Made by a program: the position numbers and the translations under genes
Source: an uncultured virus (IMG/VR IMGVR_UViG_3300042465_006114)
Lineage: Duplodnaviria > Heunggongvirae > Uroviricota > Caudoviricetes
Length of the DNA stretch: 20,000 bases
Virus record (IMG/VR): IMGVR_UViG_3300042465_006114
Strand: one strand, 5' to 3'
Shown here: positions 1 through 8,351 of the stretch, in pieces
Layout: every line of letters begins with the position of its first letter
How positions within the stretch are numbered: the stretch's first letter is position 1
Notes under the pieces: generated by a model
Seen by the model: the letters and a program-made list of their open reading frames with translations, nothing else
Databases searched by the model: none
Told to the model about the DNA's origin: nothing

Positions 1-1
1 A

Positions 2-1369
2 TTATTTAATTTTGTTTATGTTTTTAGCATCAAATGCTCTAATCAATAAAGTTGCTTCTGTTTTATCCTCTGGCGAATCTAACGAATCTAATGGTTTTAA
101 ATTTTTATTATCTACTAAATCGAAAAATTCGTTTACTCTTACATCTGCTTCTAAAACACTTCTTTGTTGCTCTGTAAACAAATCTAAAAATGTTTTAACT
201 GCAATCTGTAAAGTTTTCGGACTTTTTATTCTTTTATCTCCTTGTCTTTCATTAAGCCTAAAAGCAATATAGGTATCTCTCATAGAAATCATTAACCTTT
301 GAGAAACAAAAGCTCTACTTGAAAAATTATTATCCTCTACTGCGGTTCTTAATTTGAATAAGAAATTAAATATAAAAGTGAAATTTGCTAGTTCATCCCC
401 AATCTTAATATTGGACATTAAATTATCTAATTCGTATTGTGGGTCAATAATCAATTCGTATGTACTTCCAGCAAACCTATCTTGTAAAGATAAATCTTGT
501 TTAAAATTCGCTTCATAGTTCACATCAGCTTCATTCAATAAAGAGTTTCCAGTTGCAATAACAAATACGTTTCCTTTTGTTATTACTTGTCCTCTACCGT
601 TTGTAATTTCTGGTCTTATCTCTAAACCCTCTTGTGTTCTTTCGGAAGGGTCTTTAATTTTTGACAAACCATCATTTAATACCCCAGCGGTATTTGGGTC
701 AAGTTTAGGTAACTCGTCTAATAATAAAACTGCACCAGAAAAATATTTTCCAGTTCTTTTATTCATTTCTTTTCTTGCATCTGTATATCCAAATGCATCA
801 ATTAATCTACCCTCTTGATAACCCTCAATAGTTTGCCCACCAACTATATCCAAAGGAGAAGTAAATTGATTACAGTTCAAAGTTATCAATTTATAGTTTA
901 AGGCATTTGCTACTTCTTTTGCAATAAAAGTTTTTCCAGTACCAGCACCACCATAAAGGTAAATATTGTTTCCAGCTTCAAAATCAGAAAGCATCAAATC
1001 AAAAATCTTTCTTTTCTTCCCATCTCCAGTTTTAACAACAACATTTTGCCAGTTAATAATCTGAACGGTTTGTGTTTTACCAATAAGCTCCAATACAGTT
1101 GAATCTAAATTATTTTTACCAATTTTGGTATCTCTAAATTTATCATCTACAATATCTTCAACTTGTTTCTTATCAACACCAGCTTTTGCTAACTTGTCTA
1201 TTGATTGATTAAACTCTCTTACCGCAAATAAAATATCATTATTAATACCTTCTACTCCAGAGGAAGTTTGCAAGGCATTTAACTTTCCTAATTGACCTTT
1301 TGCATCATCTCTTGTTTCTTGTGATAATGTTGTGTCGTTAATTACGATTTCTAATTCTTCTCTTGTCAT
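2..1369 (-). CDS. MoxR/CobS-like AAA+ ATPase (AAA_5 type)
   Basis: Walker A GGAGTGKT, Walker B LLLDE, sensor-1-like IATGN, arginine-finger-like QDRF; complete ORF with TAA at 2-4. Confidence 0.85.
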   Translation of the reverse strand: MTREELEIVINDTTLSQETRDDAKGQLGKLNALQTSSGVEGINNDILFAVREFNQSIDKLAKAGVDKKQVEDIVDDKFRDTKIGKNNLDSTVLELIGKTQTVQIINWQNVVVKTGDGKKRKIFDLMLSDFEAGNNIYLYGGAGTGKTFIAKEVANALNYKLITLNCNQFTSPLDIVGGQTIEGYQEGRLIDAFGYTDARKEMNKRTGKYFSGAVLLLDELPKLDPNTAGVLNDGLSKIKDPSERTQEGLEIRPEITNGRGQVITKGNVFVIATGNSLLNEADVNYEANFKQDLSLQDRFAGSTYELIIDPQYELDNLMSNIKIGDELANFTFIFNFLFKLRTAVEDNNFSSRAFVSQRLMISMRDTYIAFRLNERQGDKRIKSPKTLQIAVKTFLDLFTEQQRSVLEADVRVNEFFDLVDNKNLKPLDSLDSPEDKTEATLLIRAFDAKNINKIK

Positions 1370-1372
1370 AAT

Positions 1373-2395
1373 TTATATATTTTCTAATTCTGTTATGAAA
1401 TTACTTGTTATTAATTTTTGTTTTTCAAATCTACTCAAACTTTCGGATAAACCAACTTGTGTGATTATAAAATCTAATTCATTTGGCGACAACAAACTTA
1501 CAAAAGATTTTACAGATTTTTCTGTTGGGAATTGTCTTTTAATATCTTCTCTATCAGTATGAAGCATATCTACAATAGCATTTAACACTCCATCTATTTT
1601 TTTATCTGAATTACTTTGTGGCTCTGGAAAATCTGGTAATTCAAAATCCATATCATCTGGCTCTCCTTCTCCTTGTTCTCCACGCTTTTCGTAGTCAATT
1701 TTATCCTTTAATTCTTTGTCTTTATAACCTTTCGTAAAATCGTTTTCGGCTTCTCCTTTTTCAACCTTGTCTAAAAAATCTTCTAAGTCAATTTCATCTC
1801 CAGTATTATCAGATTGACCGCTTTGAGATTTTCTTTTTTGGTCTTTTTTTAATTCGTCTAATAATTTTTTAATATCTTCTGACGACATTCCTTCTCCTTC
1901 TCCTTCTCCTTCTCCCTCTCCTTCTCCTTCTCCCTCTCCTTCTCCTTCTCCTTCTCCTTCTCCTTCTTCTTTTTCTTTTTCTTTTTCCTCTTGCTTCTTT
2001 TTTTCTTCCTCTAATTCATCTTTCAATTTTTCAAGTAGCATTTCATTAAAAACTTTAGCAACTATTTCATATTTCTCGTTAAAGAAATTTAAAACATCTG
2101 GTAGATTATTGAATTTTAAATCTGCATAATCATCTCTAAATTTATAATCCCCTTCTTCAAAATTATTTATAAGAAAATGCATTTCTGTATCAAAATTATC
2201 ACTTATAATTTCCATTGATGAATAAAAAGAACAACCTATTGGATACCTAACAAAAGTCATTTTTTGTCTAAAAAACACTTCATCAGAGGTAATTTTTAAA
2301 TCATCATTTTTATTTTTTTTACTACTATCAAAATAATAGTAATCTGGAAACAACGGAACTAATCCTAACTCTTTTATTTTTTCTTGAATATTCAT
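1373..2395 (-). CDS. Acidic hypothetical protein with (GE)n linker, probable AAA+ partner
   Basis: 340-aa ORF 2-3 nt from its neighbours; coiled-coil K/E stretch followed by a GE dipeptide run; no MIDAS (DxSxS) motif seen. Confidence 0.7.
   Translation of the reverse strand: MNIQEKIKELGLVPLFPDYYYFDSSKKNKNDDLKITSDEVFFRQKMTFVRYPIGCSFYSSMEIISDNFDTEMHFLINNFEEGDYKFRDDYADLKFNNLPDVLNFFNEKYEIVAKVFNEMLLEKLKDELEEEKKKQEEKEKEKEEGEGEGEGEGEGEGEGEGEGEGEGEGMSSEDIKKLLDELKKDQKRKSQSGQSDNTGDEIDLEDFLDKVEKGEAENDFTKGYKDKELKDKIDYEKRGEQGEGEPDDMDFELPDFPEPQSNSDKKIDGVLNAIVDMLHTDREDIKRQFPTEKSVKSFVSLLSPNELDFIITQVGLSESLSRFEKQKLITSNFITELENI
1889..1966 (-). repeat. Hexanucleotide coding microsatellite (GAAGGA)n encoding Glu-Gly repeats
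   Basis: About 13 tandem tccttc/tccctc units on the + strand. Confidence 0.95.
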
Positions 2396-2397
2396 AT

Positions 2398-5300
2398 TTA
2401 TAAAATTCCTCCTAAATCAAATCTTGAATCATTAGACAATGCGTTAAACTCGTATGCATCTGCAAACTTAATTTGATTGCTATCAAAAGCACAATAAGAA
2501 AGCGATGCGTTTTCCAATCCACCATAAGGTTTTGTTGGTATGTATTCGTAAAAAATATAACCATCATAAGTTGTGAACACTTTTACATATTTTGTAAAAG
2601 ACTGCCACAATCTAATTATCTGCCAAGCATAAACCTCTGTGTCTTGTGTAAATCCACTATGTGAAGTTATGTTAGTCCAGAAATCAAAATCTCCAATATT
2701 ATAGTTTACTCTTAAAAAAGTAAGGTATTCTCTAATAGGATATTTTTCAACACCAAACCTTGAAAAATCAATTGGGTTCTTAATATCAATAAAGCATCTC
2801 AATAAAAAATTACCTCTATTTGGATTTAACTTTTTAAGTATTTCCGAATCCACTCCAGCTTTATCCGCCCTATCTTCCCAACTTGTAGCAAAAAACTCCG
2901 ACATCTCTCTCTTGACTGCAAAATAATGTGCGTTATTGGTTTCGTATGTTTTCCAATTTACAAATAAAACGTTTGTTCCGTGAAATACTGGTTGTGGTTC
3001 TTTTGTAATTGGATTAATAACTTTCGATACTCCAGCATAACTATCGTTTAAATATGCGGTTTCCCAATCTCCAAAAAACGATTTAAACTCTGGCGTTCTA
3101 ACATTAAAATATTCTATTTCTGTTAATTGTGATTTTAAAGCGTTTATAGAGGTCATATCTGTTTCTTCGTATTGTTTATCAAAACTTGAAATCTTTAACC
3201 CATATACACCTATTACTCTTTCCTCAATAGATTTTAAACTCATTTCAGCATCGTTAAGTTTTCTCAACTTCAAAATAAATGAATTAATCTCTCTTTGGTA
3301 AAAAGCAACTTCTTCATTTGATAGTATTGGTTTTTTTAAATCCAACTCTTTTGCTAAATCTGAAATCCTTTGCGATAAGTATTTACGTTCTAACTCAAAA
3401 TTACGTTTTGGTTTTTCGGTTTTGCTTGGCTTTGGTTCTTCAATAATTTCTTTTGGAGCATCATAAAGATTAAATTCATCCCAATTATATTTATCTGTAA
3501 ATTCTTTTCTACTATAAATAAAACCAACAAGGTCTGTATAATTTAATAAATTTCTTAAAAAAGTAACGTTACCGTATGTTTTACCATTTTGGTCAACTAT
3601 TTTAAATTCAAAATAATCTCTTTTTGGAAATAGTGAATAATAATCTTTTAAATGGACTAGCAATTGTACAGCACTATAAATTCCAAAGTCAGAAGTGAAT
3701 TGTCCATCTTCCGAAACTGGATACAGTTTCCAAACACTTACTTTTTCTTTTGATACTTCTTCATAATCATCATACATACCTATCTTTTGTAAAAACTTTA
3801 ATGTATTTGGGTCTGCTGGATATAATCCTTGACCATCAATAACAGTCAGCCTATAAACAGTAGGCGGTTCTAATTTATAAAATTCTTTAAAGTAACTTCC
3901 TTTTATGTCTAATATTCTTATTTCTTTTTCTAAAATCCAACCCCCTTTTTTAATAAATTCTAAAATTAATTTTTTAATTTCAACATCTTCATCTGTAATA
4001 CTTTCTTCATCAATTATAGGCGTTGAAGTTGATTGAGTTTTTTTCCAGTCTAAATAACCAAAAATCAATAATTTTGAATTATCAGAAATCATCAAATCTT
4101 CTTTAGGAATACCTAAACTATATTTATAAGACCGAAGTGTAACAACATCTCCAGTATCCGTATTTACTATGTCAAAATCTAATGTTTTATCGCCTTTACT
4201 CCAATCATTTATATTTACTAAGGTAAGATTATTATTCTCAATTACACTATCAATTTGCTTAAACATATCAATTTCTCCAGAAGTAAACTTACTAATAGTT
4301 TTTTCGGTTTTACTTGATATTCCTAAATCAGAAGCAAAAATTTCTTTTCTTTTTGAAGCATAAAATTCGCTTTTTCCATTATTATAAACTACAAAATCAT
4401 CAGTAAATATTTCTATAAAAATATCTTCAATAGACAATAATTCCCTATCTCCGTAATTTTTATCAATTGGAATACCTATTTCAGTAAGTTTTTGCATTAC
4501 CATATCCCTTAAAGCTAAATCAGCTCCAATCCATATTTTAGATTGTTCTAATTCTTCTTTAATAAGTGTTTTACCAGTTTGTTCTTTGGTTTTACTTGGG
4601 GTAGCCTTTGGAGTTCTTTTAGCTCTTTCTTTTGTAGTTTTTATTTCTAAATCAACTAAACTACCATCAGCATTTCTTATTTCATTATCATCAAAATCAA
4701 AATAAACATTTAACTTTGTATTTTTATCTTTATTTTCAGTACCATACATTCCAAGTTCTCCATAAACAAAAGGCATCATTAATCCAATAACGTCTTTACC
4801 TAAAGTAAAAGATGGGTAATAGGTAAAAATTAAAGCTCTTTTATTAGTTTGAAAACTAACATTCATAAATGTACTTCCGCCAAGCTTAACTAATGAACTT
4901 AAAAAGTTAATCATTAAATCTGGAAAAACAGCCATTTTTTCATCATTAATTTTAAATACAACTTCTTTATTATAAGAATAGTTTGAAGCTACTTTAAAGT
5001 AAGTTAATAACTTTAAAATATCAATATATACAACCCTTTTAACTTCTATTTCTTTAGGTATAACTTGTGCGTAATTTGGGTATTTAACATCAAGTTTAAT
5101 GAAACCATCTGGAAACACCTCTTTTAAAGATTTTGAACTTAATTTTTCTTTTTTATAAACGCCTTTAAAATCTCTTTCGTCAGAAGGTATGGTTAATAAA
5201 ATATGTGCGTTAGTAGCGGTAATTCCATTTTCGTCAAAGTTAATACCAGTCATTGCTGGTCGTAATGGCTCTGTACCTAAAAACGGTTTTAAAATTTCAT

Positions 5301-6216
5301 TTAACCCATCATCACTTGGACTTGCATCCCATTCTACCTTTTTTGGTAATCTAATATTTTTAAAAGAATCTGGTATTTCGCTCCAATTATTAACTGTAAC
5401 GTCAGTAGCACCACCTTTTGCATAACTAAAAACAATAGAACCTCCATCAGCAAATAAACCAGTTTCAGCACCAACTACTCCATCAGCATCCATATCTATT
5501 ACATCATTGTAATTGTTTAAATCCCTTGCTGGTGTATTTCCTTTTTTTGAATCTCTAACAAGACTTACTTTACGAACTACTCCACCGTGTTTTAATCCAG
5601 CTCTTTTAAGTAAAGTATAATATTTTGGGTTTTCGTACAAATGGTCTTTTACGATTTTCATTTGTTCACGTTTACTAGAAGTATGTTCGCTTTCAGCTTT
5701 CATACCTAAGTCAACTTGTGTTTGTAATTCTTTTACAGAAACTTTATGTTTTTTAGCAATTTGAGTAAGTGTCATTCCTTCGGCTAAATGTCCTCCAGTA
5801 ATGTGTTTGTATATTTCGTGGTCGGTCATTGTTTTACCACCATACTTATAACTTGCTCCAGTACGTTTTATGTTTTTAGGTATATCGCCACCTTTTGCAA
5901 ATGAAACTCCACCACCTTTTTCGTTTATTGCAGATAACACTTCTCTGTTAGTCATCATTTTACCATTAAACTCATTTTTGGTGTTGTCTGATACTGCTGG
6001 TGCGGTAATAACAACTTCTCCACCTTGCATTTCCAATGCTTGTCCAGTAGATTTGTTTACTGCTTTAATACCACCCTCTGCGTGAGTTTTACCTACTAAA
6101 TATCCGCTTAAAGTTCCTTTGTTATGTATAATAGTCTGCCCTTGTCTTTTACCAACGAGTACTCCGCCAGTAGGCGTTTGTTCTGCTTTATTTTCTGTTA
6201 GGGTTGATTTTTTCAT
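2398..6216 (-). CDS. Large polyvalent phage protein: GG-motif N-terminus, DUF5661-like, beta-clamp-like and C-terminal ART-PolyVal-like ADP-ribosyltransferase domains
   Basis: GMKAESEHT...IVKDHLYENPKYYTLL (DUF5661-like); RPAMTGINFD..ATNAHIL...YPNYAQVIP...LMMP (DnaN-like); RTPEFKSFFGDWE..SKVIN..PVFHGT..YF..IKNP..YDG..FDSNQIK (ART-PolyVal-like). Confidence 0.75.
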   Translation of the reverse strand: MKKSTLTENKAEQTPTGGVLVGKRQGQTIIHNKGTLSGYLVGKTHAEGGIKAVNKSTGQALEMQGGEVVITAPAVSDNTKNEFNGKMMTNREVLSAINEKGGGVSFAKGGDIPKNIKRTGASYKYGGKTMTDHEIYKHITGGHLAEGMTLTQIAKKHKVSVKELQTQVDLGMKAESEHTSSKREQMKIVKDHLYENPKYYTLLKRAGLKHGGVVRKVSLVRDSKKGNTPARDLNNYNDVIDMDADGVVGAETGLFADGGSIVFSYAKGGATDVTVNNWSEIPDSFKNIRLPKKVEWDASPSDDGLNEILKPFLGTEPLRPAMTGINFDENGITATNAHILLTIPSDERDFKGVYKKEKLSSKSLKEVFPDGFIKLDVKYPNYAQVIPKEIEVKRVVYIDILKLLTYFKVASNYSYNKEVVFKINDEKMAVFPDLMINFLSSLVKLGGSTFMNVSFQTNKRALIFTYYPSFTLGKDVIGLMMPFVYGELGMYGTENKDKNTKLNVYFDFDDNEIRNADGSLVDLEIKTTKERAKRTPKATPSKTKEQTGKTLIKEELEQSKIWIGADLALRDMVMQKLTEIGIPIDKNYGDRELLSIEDIFIEIFTDDFVVYNNGKSEFYASKRKEIFASDLGISSKTEKTISKFTSGEIDMFKQIDSVIENNNLTLVNINDWSKGDKTLDFDIVNTDTGDVVTLRSYKYSLGIPKEDLMISDNSKLLIFGYLDWKKTQSTSTPIIDEESITDEDVEIKKLILEFIKKGGWILEKEIRILDIKGSYFKEFYKLEPPTVYRLTVIDGQGLYPADPNTLKFLQKIGMYDDYEEVSKEKVSVWKLYPVSEDGQFTSDFGIYSAVQLLVHLKDYYSLFPKRDYFEFKIVDQNGKTYGNVTFLRNLLNYTDLVGFIYSRKEFTDKYNWDEFNLYDAPKEIIEEPKPSKTEKPKRNFELERKYLSQRISDLAKELDLKKPILSNEEVAFYQREINSFILKLRKLNDAEMSLKSIEERVIGVYGLKISSFDKQYEETDMTSINALKSQLTEIEYFNVRTPEFKSFFGDWETAYLNDSYAGVSKVINPITKEPQPVFHGTNVLFVNWKTYETNNAHYFAVKREMSEFFATSWEDRADKAGVDSEILKKLNPNRGNFLLRCFIDIKNPIDFSRFGVEKYPIREYLTFLRVNYNIGDFDFWTNITSHSGFTQDTEVYAWQIIRLWQSFTKYVKVFTTYDGYIFYEYIPTKPYGGLENASLSYCAFDSNQIKFADAYEFNALSNDSRFDLGGIL

Positions 6217-6239
6217 ATTTATTTTAGTATAATAAAAAG

Positions 6240-6247
6240 CAAATATA
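6240..6247 (-). promoter_or_regulatory. Bacteroidota-type -7 promoter element TATATTTG for the polyvalent protein operon
   Basis: caaatata on +, 23 nt upstream of the start at 6216; matches TAnnTTTG. Confidence 0.65.
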
Positions 6248-6380
6248 AATAATTAAATTGAATCATTTTAATTATATTTTAAATAATAATTATTTTGTAT
6301 TTGTTTTAAACTGAACTAATTGCAAAATAAAAAATTTCATTTATTTTTAATATTATTTATAATATTATTTTATAATTATA

Positions 6381-6388
6381 TATATTTG
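6381..6388 (+). promoter_or_regulatory. Bacteroidota-type -7 promoter element TATATTTG for the small + strand gene
   Basis: tatatttg 28 nt upstream of the ATG at 6417. Confidence 0.65.
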
Positions 6389-6416
6389 TGGTTATTAATT
6401 AATAAAAATTAAAAAG

Positions 6417-6536
6417 ATGCAAGACGTATTTAACATTAAAAGTCCAAACTGGTTGGGAGGTACAAATGTACATAACACAATTACAATTGTGTTGTTAGTA
6501 TTAGTAGCTTACAAAGTTGGAGCATTTAAAAAGTAA
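6417..6536 (+). CDS. 39-aa single-TM membrane peptide (MQDVFNIKSPNWLGGTNVHNTITIVLLVLVAYKVGAFKK), not in the ORF track
   Basis: Hand translated; own promoter element, A-rich leader, hydrophobic segment with basic C-tail, terminator directly downstream. Confidence 0.75.
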   Translation: MQDVFNIKSPNWLGGTNVHNTITIVLLVLVAYKVGAFKK

Positions 6537-6556
6537 TTAAATTATTTTTTTAGTGT

Positions 6557-6590
6557 AAAAAAAATGCCACTCTTTCGGGTGGCTTTTTTT
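6557..6590. terminator. Bidirectional intrinsic terminator
   Basis: A8 tract, stem GCCACTC-TTTC-GGGTGGC (6566-6583), T7 tract; lies between convergent genes. Confidence 0.85.
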
Positions 6591-6738
6591 CGTTAATGCT
6601 AAAAACTATACAATCCTTTTAAAAAACATCAACTTCCTACTTACTCAATTATTGGCTCGGCTATCCGTTTCTATATATATGTTTATCTGAAACTTCAATA
6701 GATTGTTGACTGTCCACTTCTACCTACTCAAATAGTTT

Positions 6739-6939
6739 TTATTTTTCTAATAATTCAACTCTAACAATTAGAATATTCAAATAATCATTCATAGATAATA
6801 ATTGATGTTTTAAAAGCAATTGATTAGCATCTGACAAGCCATCTATTTTGTCCGAATATAAAAACATACTTAATTTAGTTACTTTGTCAAGCAATTCATC
6901 TTTTTCTGTTTTCAATCTGTCTAAAAATGTGTTTTCCAT
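6739..6939 (-). CDS. Small helical-hairpin phage protein, crAss001_48-like family; possible anti-defence nucleotide sponge
   Basis: Pattern R(L)xxExxELxxKxxKLxxF...LLxxQLxxMxxYxxILxxR recognised from that family; function is inference. Confidence 0.65.
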   Translation of the reverse strand: MENTFLDRLKTEKDELLDKVTKLSMFLYSDKIDGLSDANQLLLKHQLLSMNDYLNILIVRVELLEK

Positions 6940-7067
6940 AATATTTGTAGCACTTAACCTTGCAATCGGTTTCTTGGTTTATTTTGTTAAATTCAGCCTT
7001 TGAAACTTCCCTACTTTGTGTACAATTTTTCAGAAAGTTTCACTACTTGCCATTAACGCAGTTTTTT

Positions 7068-8351
7068 TTATTTTACTAATCTATCAATAATTACTTTGAA
7101 TTGCTTTGCAATACCTTCCCACTTCATTGCGGAAACTTTATTAAAAGCGTTTTCTATTTTTTGCTTAACTTGTTCTTGCAGTTCTGGTTCTTCGTTTGAT
7201 AATCCATAAACAACTTCGCATAAAGTTTTTACTTCCATTGGGTTTGTTGTAAGTCTTATTTTTTCAAAGTCATTTACAAATACCGATTGTTGGCTAAACA
7301 TAAAATTCAAAGTGTTTTCTCCGTTGTCTGTTATCTCTGTAATAGAAGTGTGTTTTGGACAAACCACAAGTGTTTTAGTAGCCATAGCTTCTGTTATTGT
7401 TAATCCCCAACCTTCCGCAGTTGTAGTGGTAATAAAGCAATCAAATGAATTGTAGATTTTATTTAGTTCTTCTGGAGTGCAACCTTTATTTTCTGAAAAA
7501 TCTTTTGGAACAATTACATCTTTACCTACTTCCAGTCCTACTCTATCGCAAAGTCTATAAATGTTTATCCCCATAGGGTCTGTTGGATTACAATGAAGAT
7601 ATAACAAGGCATCAGCACCAGTAGTGTGTTTGAACATAGCAAATCCCATAATAAGACTTCCGAAATCTTTTCTAACTTGGTTTCTGTTTACGCTTCCGAA
7701 TACAAATGTATTTTCTCTTTCAGCACCAAATAATTCAACTTTAGCTAATCCTTTGTTTAATTCCGAATAAGGATAAAAATCGGTTGTATTAGTTCCGTGC
7801 GGTATAATTTTAATCTTTTTGAATTGTGTGTCAGAAAGTAACGGTTTCATCACTCCTTTGGCGTATTGCGTATAAGTAACTACTTCATCGAAAAATGATA
7901 ATACTTTTAAATCAGCCATTCTTGGCTCACTATCAATTGGGAAATAAATTATCGACTTAAAGTTAGGTCGGTTTTCTTCTCTCTTTTTATTTTTTACTTC
8001 TTTTAGATTATCAGCCATTGCATTAATAACTTCTACATCTTGTAAAAAAAACAAAGCATCAAAATCGTTTTGATAAATTATTTGAAGTAACTCAATTCGT
8101 CTATAAACATCTCCTCTAGTGTCTTTGTCGCCAGTTTGCAAAGCTGGTATTACTTTTACGTTTGGTAAGTAATCATAAACTGCTTTACTCTTATCATTAA
8201 TAGCAAAAATGACAATACTTAAATTTTTGTCTTTCGCCCATTCATTTACAAGTTCTTTAGCAACTGCTCCAAATCCAGTTGTGCAATTCCAATCAGCATA
8301 TACTAATAATGATTTTTGTGTTTCTACTTTTTTGCGGTGTACGACTTTCAT
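7068..8351 (-). CDS. Glycosyltransferase family 4 (GT-B fold)
   Basis: TGFG N-terminal loop, IPHG, VNRNQVRKD, EGWGLTITEAMA (Ex7E motif). Confidence 0.9.
   Translation of the reverse strand: MKVVHRKKVETQKSLLVYADWNCTTGFGAVAKELVNEWAKDKNLSIVIFAINDKSKAVYDYLPNVKVIPALQTGDKDTRGDVYRRIELLQIIYQNDFDALFFLQDVEVINAMADNLKEVKNKKREENRPNFKSIIYFPIDSEPRMADLKVLSFFDEVVTYTQYAKGVMKPLLSDTQFKKIKIIPHGTNTTDFYPYSELNKGLAKVELFGAERENTFVFGSVNRNQVRKDFGSLIMGFAMFKHTTGADALLYLHCNPTDPMGINIYRLCDRVGLEVGKDVIVPKDFSENKGCTPEELNKIYNSFDCFITTTTAEGWGLTITEAMATKTLVVCPKHTSITEITDNGENTLNFMFSQQSVFVNDFEKIRLTTNPMEVKTLCEVVYGLSNEEPELQEQVKQKIENAFNKVSAMKWEGIAKQFKVIIDRLVK

Noticed and set aside
12..6085. + strand ORFs at 12, 1332, 2473, 4169, 5189 and 5870
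   Set aside because: Antisense shadows of long minus-strand genes, with no recognisable motifs
6944..7000. SAM-II riboswitch (GCUGAAUUUAAC...UUGCAAG...GCUACAAA resemblance)
   Set aside because: The required P1 pairing is missing and spacing is too long; kept only as an unnamed motif
7030..7053. Leader peptide MASSETF with possible TGA readthrough
   Set aside because: Too short to support; TGA acts as a normal stop elsewhere
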